Below, piece by piece: positions 63,588 through 64,000 of a stretch of DNA of 64,000 nt; the first letter of the stretch is position 1, and each line of letters opens with the position of its first letter. The translations under genes and the position numbers were made by a program. The notes below the pieces were generated by a model. That model searched no databases and was not told the origin of the DNA. It saw only the letters and a program-made list of their open reading frames with translations. Source of the DNA: an uncultured archaeon (lineage in GTDB: Archaea; Thermoproteota; Bathyarchaeia; Bathyarchaeales; Bathycorpusculaceae); contig CAWALK010000019.1 in assembly GCA_963782915.1 (NCBI GenBank), forward strand, positions 32,001 through 96,000, in the 5' to 3' direction.

Positions 63588-64000
63588 TTGAAAGCCAATG
63601 CTTCAAGGAAGCCGGAAAGCCCACCCTTGAAAGTAATTCAATTTGAAGACGAAGCAAAACGATGCAGTACTTCCGTCGAATTGGTTAAAGCTGATTTTGA
63701 AAAAGCAATAGCTGAGGGGAAAATCCACGGTTTAATTACACCCACCAAAAAAGCGGCTATTTGTTTTGAACCCGCAGAAATTGACCTGTTAGCGGCTGAA
63801 TTGTCCGGCGGCAGAATTTCTCTAACTAACATAGCCTCAGGGCTGGGATTGAGTGTTGATCAGGTGCGTTTGGTTGTTCAGTATTTGTTGAAAGCAAAGC
63901 GGGTTGAGGGTGAATTAACGTTTAATTGGTTCTATTTCCGATGCGGCTTCAAAGAAAGATATGCTTCACATTGCTCAATTGCGCAAGCTGAATCATAGAC
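63588..64000 (+). CDS. Hypothetical protein with PCI-like winged helix; probably frameshifted and cut by the window edge
   Basis: ISLTNIASGLGLSVDQVRLVVQYLLKAKRVEGEL. Confidence 0.5.

Noticed and set aside
280-63832. Numerous short ORFs overlapping or antisense to called genes
   Set aside because: They are shadow frames of well-supported genes and have no motifs of their own.

Overview
Archaeal chromosomal DNA, most likely Bathyarchaeia (inferred from mch, archaeal pheS/pheT/trpS/rps12/rps7/rpl12, a large PQQ-type beta-propeller surface protein, several 'GHD(L/I)RNPL' histidine kinases and an F420-dependent LLM enzyme). The window holds about 55 genes plus tRNA-Ala(GGC). About 17 genes, including essential pheT and rpl12, are split by mostly single-base insertions, which looks like long-read error rather than biology. 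Four observations stand out. (1) A family of purely intergenic repeats (core CCTACCCCCTCCCTTAT[A/T]TATAG, about 11 copies in 7 spacers) forms longer composite elements. (2) A Fic + DUF4258/DUF2283 toxin-antitoxin islet is bracketed by a ~125-bp direct repeat, each copy carrying two 11-6-11 palindromes with dif-like geometry. (3) A citG-like gene sits head-to-head with three paralogous pol-beta-type nucleotidyltransferases next to mch. (4) One protein is a membrane-anchored TIR-domain protein with receptor-like topology. All functional calls come from motif recognition by eye; no searches were run.
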